DNA of 64,000 nucleotides. It comes from Sphaerodactylus townsendi (Eukaryota). The DNA lies in NCBI RefSeq assembly GCF_021028975.2, contig NC_059431.1, positions 68,200,001 through 68,264,000 of the forward strand. The letters run 5' to 3'. The first letter of the stretch is position 1, and each line of letters opens with the position of its first letter. The translations under genes and the position numbers were made by a program. The notes under the pieces are model-generated. The model was not told the DNA's origin. It did no database searches and worked only from the letters and a program-made list of their open reading frames with translations. Of this stretch, positions 61,911 to 64,000 are shown one piece after another.

Positions 61911-63168
61911 TGTAACAGACTTGCCCCACCCTGAAGGGCTGGTGTGTGTGAAAGGCCTAATGAAGAGGTCTTAGTAACAGCCAGAGTTAAGGCAGCAGGC
62001 TCCACTATACAAAAGACCCCATTTGATTGGTCGAGAAAGGCACAGTTGCCTACGGCCAGGGATAGGGGGAGCCAGAGTGCTGGCAGTATAAATAGACAGA
62101 GCAGAGCCTGTCAGTAGGATACACTCTCTCTGAAGAGATTCTGATACAGAGATCAGAAGGAGCCAGAGTTTGACAGAGAGCGGTCTGTCAGATCTGTATT
62201 GTAGGATTCTGTCTCAGCCGAGTTAGCTGACAGAAGTCCAGTCACTCTACAAGCTGAGGATGCTTGTCAGAGGAAGGAGGCCCTGAGTTTGGTGAAAAAT
62301 GATGCGCCAGTCAGTGGCTTGACAGTGAATACTGTCCAGACCTAGAGTCTGTCCTACCCCTGTGTAACACCAGTCTGGGAAAAGCCCGATCAGAAGCAGT
62401 GAGGTCAGTTTGGGATTAGTGTGAGAGAGCGAGGCTTTGTATGCCAGAATCTCACAGGGCATAGGCTGTGTGTGTGTGTGTGTGTATTCAGTGGGTTGTG
62501 GATCACAAAGGACTAGTGTCTGCTTGTGAAGAAAGTTAGTAGATCTAAAGCAAAATCATTCCTGAAGAGACACCTGCGTGTGTCTGTGTGAAACCTAAGT
62601 AACATTTGAACCACTGTAATTTTTAAGTGAAAAGAACCTCTCTGAAACCATCAAGCGTTAGTACCTCTCTGAGCCAGTTTAAGAAGGCTTTCTTTTGTTT
62701 TCAAAATAAATTTCATTCACAGTTCAAGCACCCTCTGTGCCAGCCTGCGTTTGTGTGTGAGCGGTTGAAGAGTGCCTGTCTGTGAGACTAGAATCCCAGC
62801 CAATTTTGAGTTCCCTCCATTTTTGTATATGGGACTATGAAGGACATTCCCCCCAGATCAAGAGTGAATGTGAGGTGGGATCCTTTATATATTTGGCAGC
62901 CAGCAGCAGAGTTCCTTCTCTTTAATGGTGGCAGCAGAGTAAAAAGAAAATCCCTGAACACTAGCCCGGGATATTTGGGGTGGCAAAGGAAACCCCACTG
63001 GTCAGTTTAGTGGGAACCTTGATTGTAGGCCACCTGTCCCGTTATAATTGGTGGCTAGTGGTGGGATAATATCTCTCCCTCGCCCGGAATATAAGGACTC
63101 CATTACAATTGGTGGCTAGTGGTGGGATAATATCTCTCCCTCGCCCAGAATATAAGGACTCCGTTTCA
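61911..63168 (+). mobile_element. Solo LTR (Gypsy/ERV type, 1258 bp) with tandem PBS-like units at its 3' end
   Basis: Starts tgtaac, ends gtttca; exact 5-bp TSD cccgc (61906-61910, 63169-63173); CCAAT (gattgg), TATA (tataaata ~62087), AATAAA ~62705. Confidence 0.9.
63041..63168 (+). repeat. 61-bp tandem duplication: LTR-end hexamer + tRNA-Leu PBS-like sequence + spacer
   Basis: gttata (63041), attaca (63102) and gtttca (63163) are spaced 61 bp apart; the first two are each followed by at-tggtggctagtggtgggat. Confidence 0.9.
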
Positions 63169-64000
63169 CCCGCCATATCAGTCCTGTGGCTTTTGACTGT
63201 GCTGCTGCAGCAGAACTATTCTGTCTTTCAGTCTGCAATTCAAATAAACAAGAACTAGCTCAGAGGGTTTGTATCCAGGGGGTATAAACCAGCCCAATTC
63301 ATCCTTTATCCCTTTAAATAATAAAATACTTAGATTTTTGAGCAAAACAATGATAATTGATGACAGATACATCACTGACTTGTGGATTCCACATTTATCT
63401 CACCATAATAATTTTCCACTCTGTTGAGTAATGAGAAACAAATTGGCAACAGGCTGGCACCAAAGCAGATGGGAAGGCAGATTTAACAGACTGTCTAATT
63501 ACGGTAAATATTTAGGGAAGGAAATCTCCTTGCATTTCAAACTATGCTCAACTTGTTTGTTGCATCTAAGCAAATTGAATTTCCAAATACAATTACCAGT
63601 ATGTATATATGAAATCTTGTAAAGGATTCATTAGGAAAGGAAATTGGCAACATTCACAATAAAATAAACAAGGACAGAAACCTATTCTTTGTAATGGTTT
63701 GATTGTATTCCTAAAAAGAAAAGCAAGCCAAAAGACGCAGGATGTGAATAATTCCCTACAGAAGTAGAACTTCTCAGCATTGTTCCAACCATTACACTTT
63801 TACTGTCCAGAACACACTTCTATATAGTACAGAGTGTAAAAACAGTATGAAGATCGTCATATGTGGGTGGGGACACACTTCACTGTTTCACTGGTCCAGT
63901 TGTTCCTCAGCTCCTAACCATGTAAGAAGAATGCTTCAGCTTAATGAACACTTTTATCCCTTTGCTGAGGTCTTGTCATATTTCCCTACTTTCAATTTAT

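Noticed and set aside
63041-63168. Repeat-spacer-like structure as a CRISPR array
   Set aside because: The spacers are near-identical, there are only two units, the context is a eukaryotic LTR, and there are no cas genes.

Overview
Vertebrate nuclear DNA, almost certainly a squamate reptile and probably a gecko. This is inferred from the repeat families: CORE/Squam-type SINEs, 5S-Sauria SINE, BovB, CR1, Penelope ends, and hAT/Harbinger/Tc2 MITEs. The only host coding sequence I can support is the last exon of HSD17B3 (+, 2156-2266). The remaining ~62 kb is gene-free 3' flank; by mammalian synteny it would be the interval towards ERCC6L2/PTCH1. It mixes unique enhancer-like blocks with many transposable elements, many delimited by exact target-site duplications (TSDs). 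The most notable structures are: (1) a young 449-bp solo LTR with a 6-bp TSD whose single AATAAA is brought to a plausible cleavage site only by a 13-bp stem, as in deltaretroviruses; (2) a 1.26-kb solo LTR whose 3' end carries a tandem array of LTR-end + tRNA-Leu primer-binding-site units; (3) a Penelope-derived 93-bp inverted repeat with a hammerhead ribozyme core; (4) a modular, cargo-carrying non-autonomous hAT family with six copies, the largest 3.7 kb; (5) ends of several transposon families known for horizontal transfer. No prokaryotic-type system, CRISPR array, or bona fide tRNA/rRNA gene was found. All family names are from recalled consensus sequences, not database searches.
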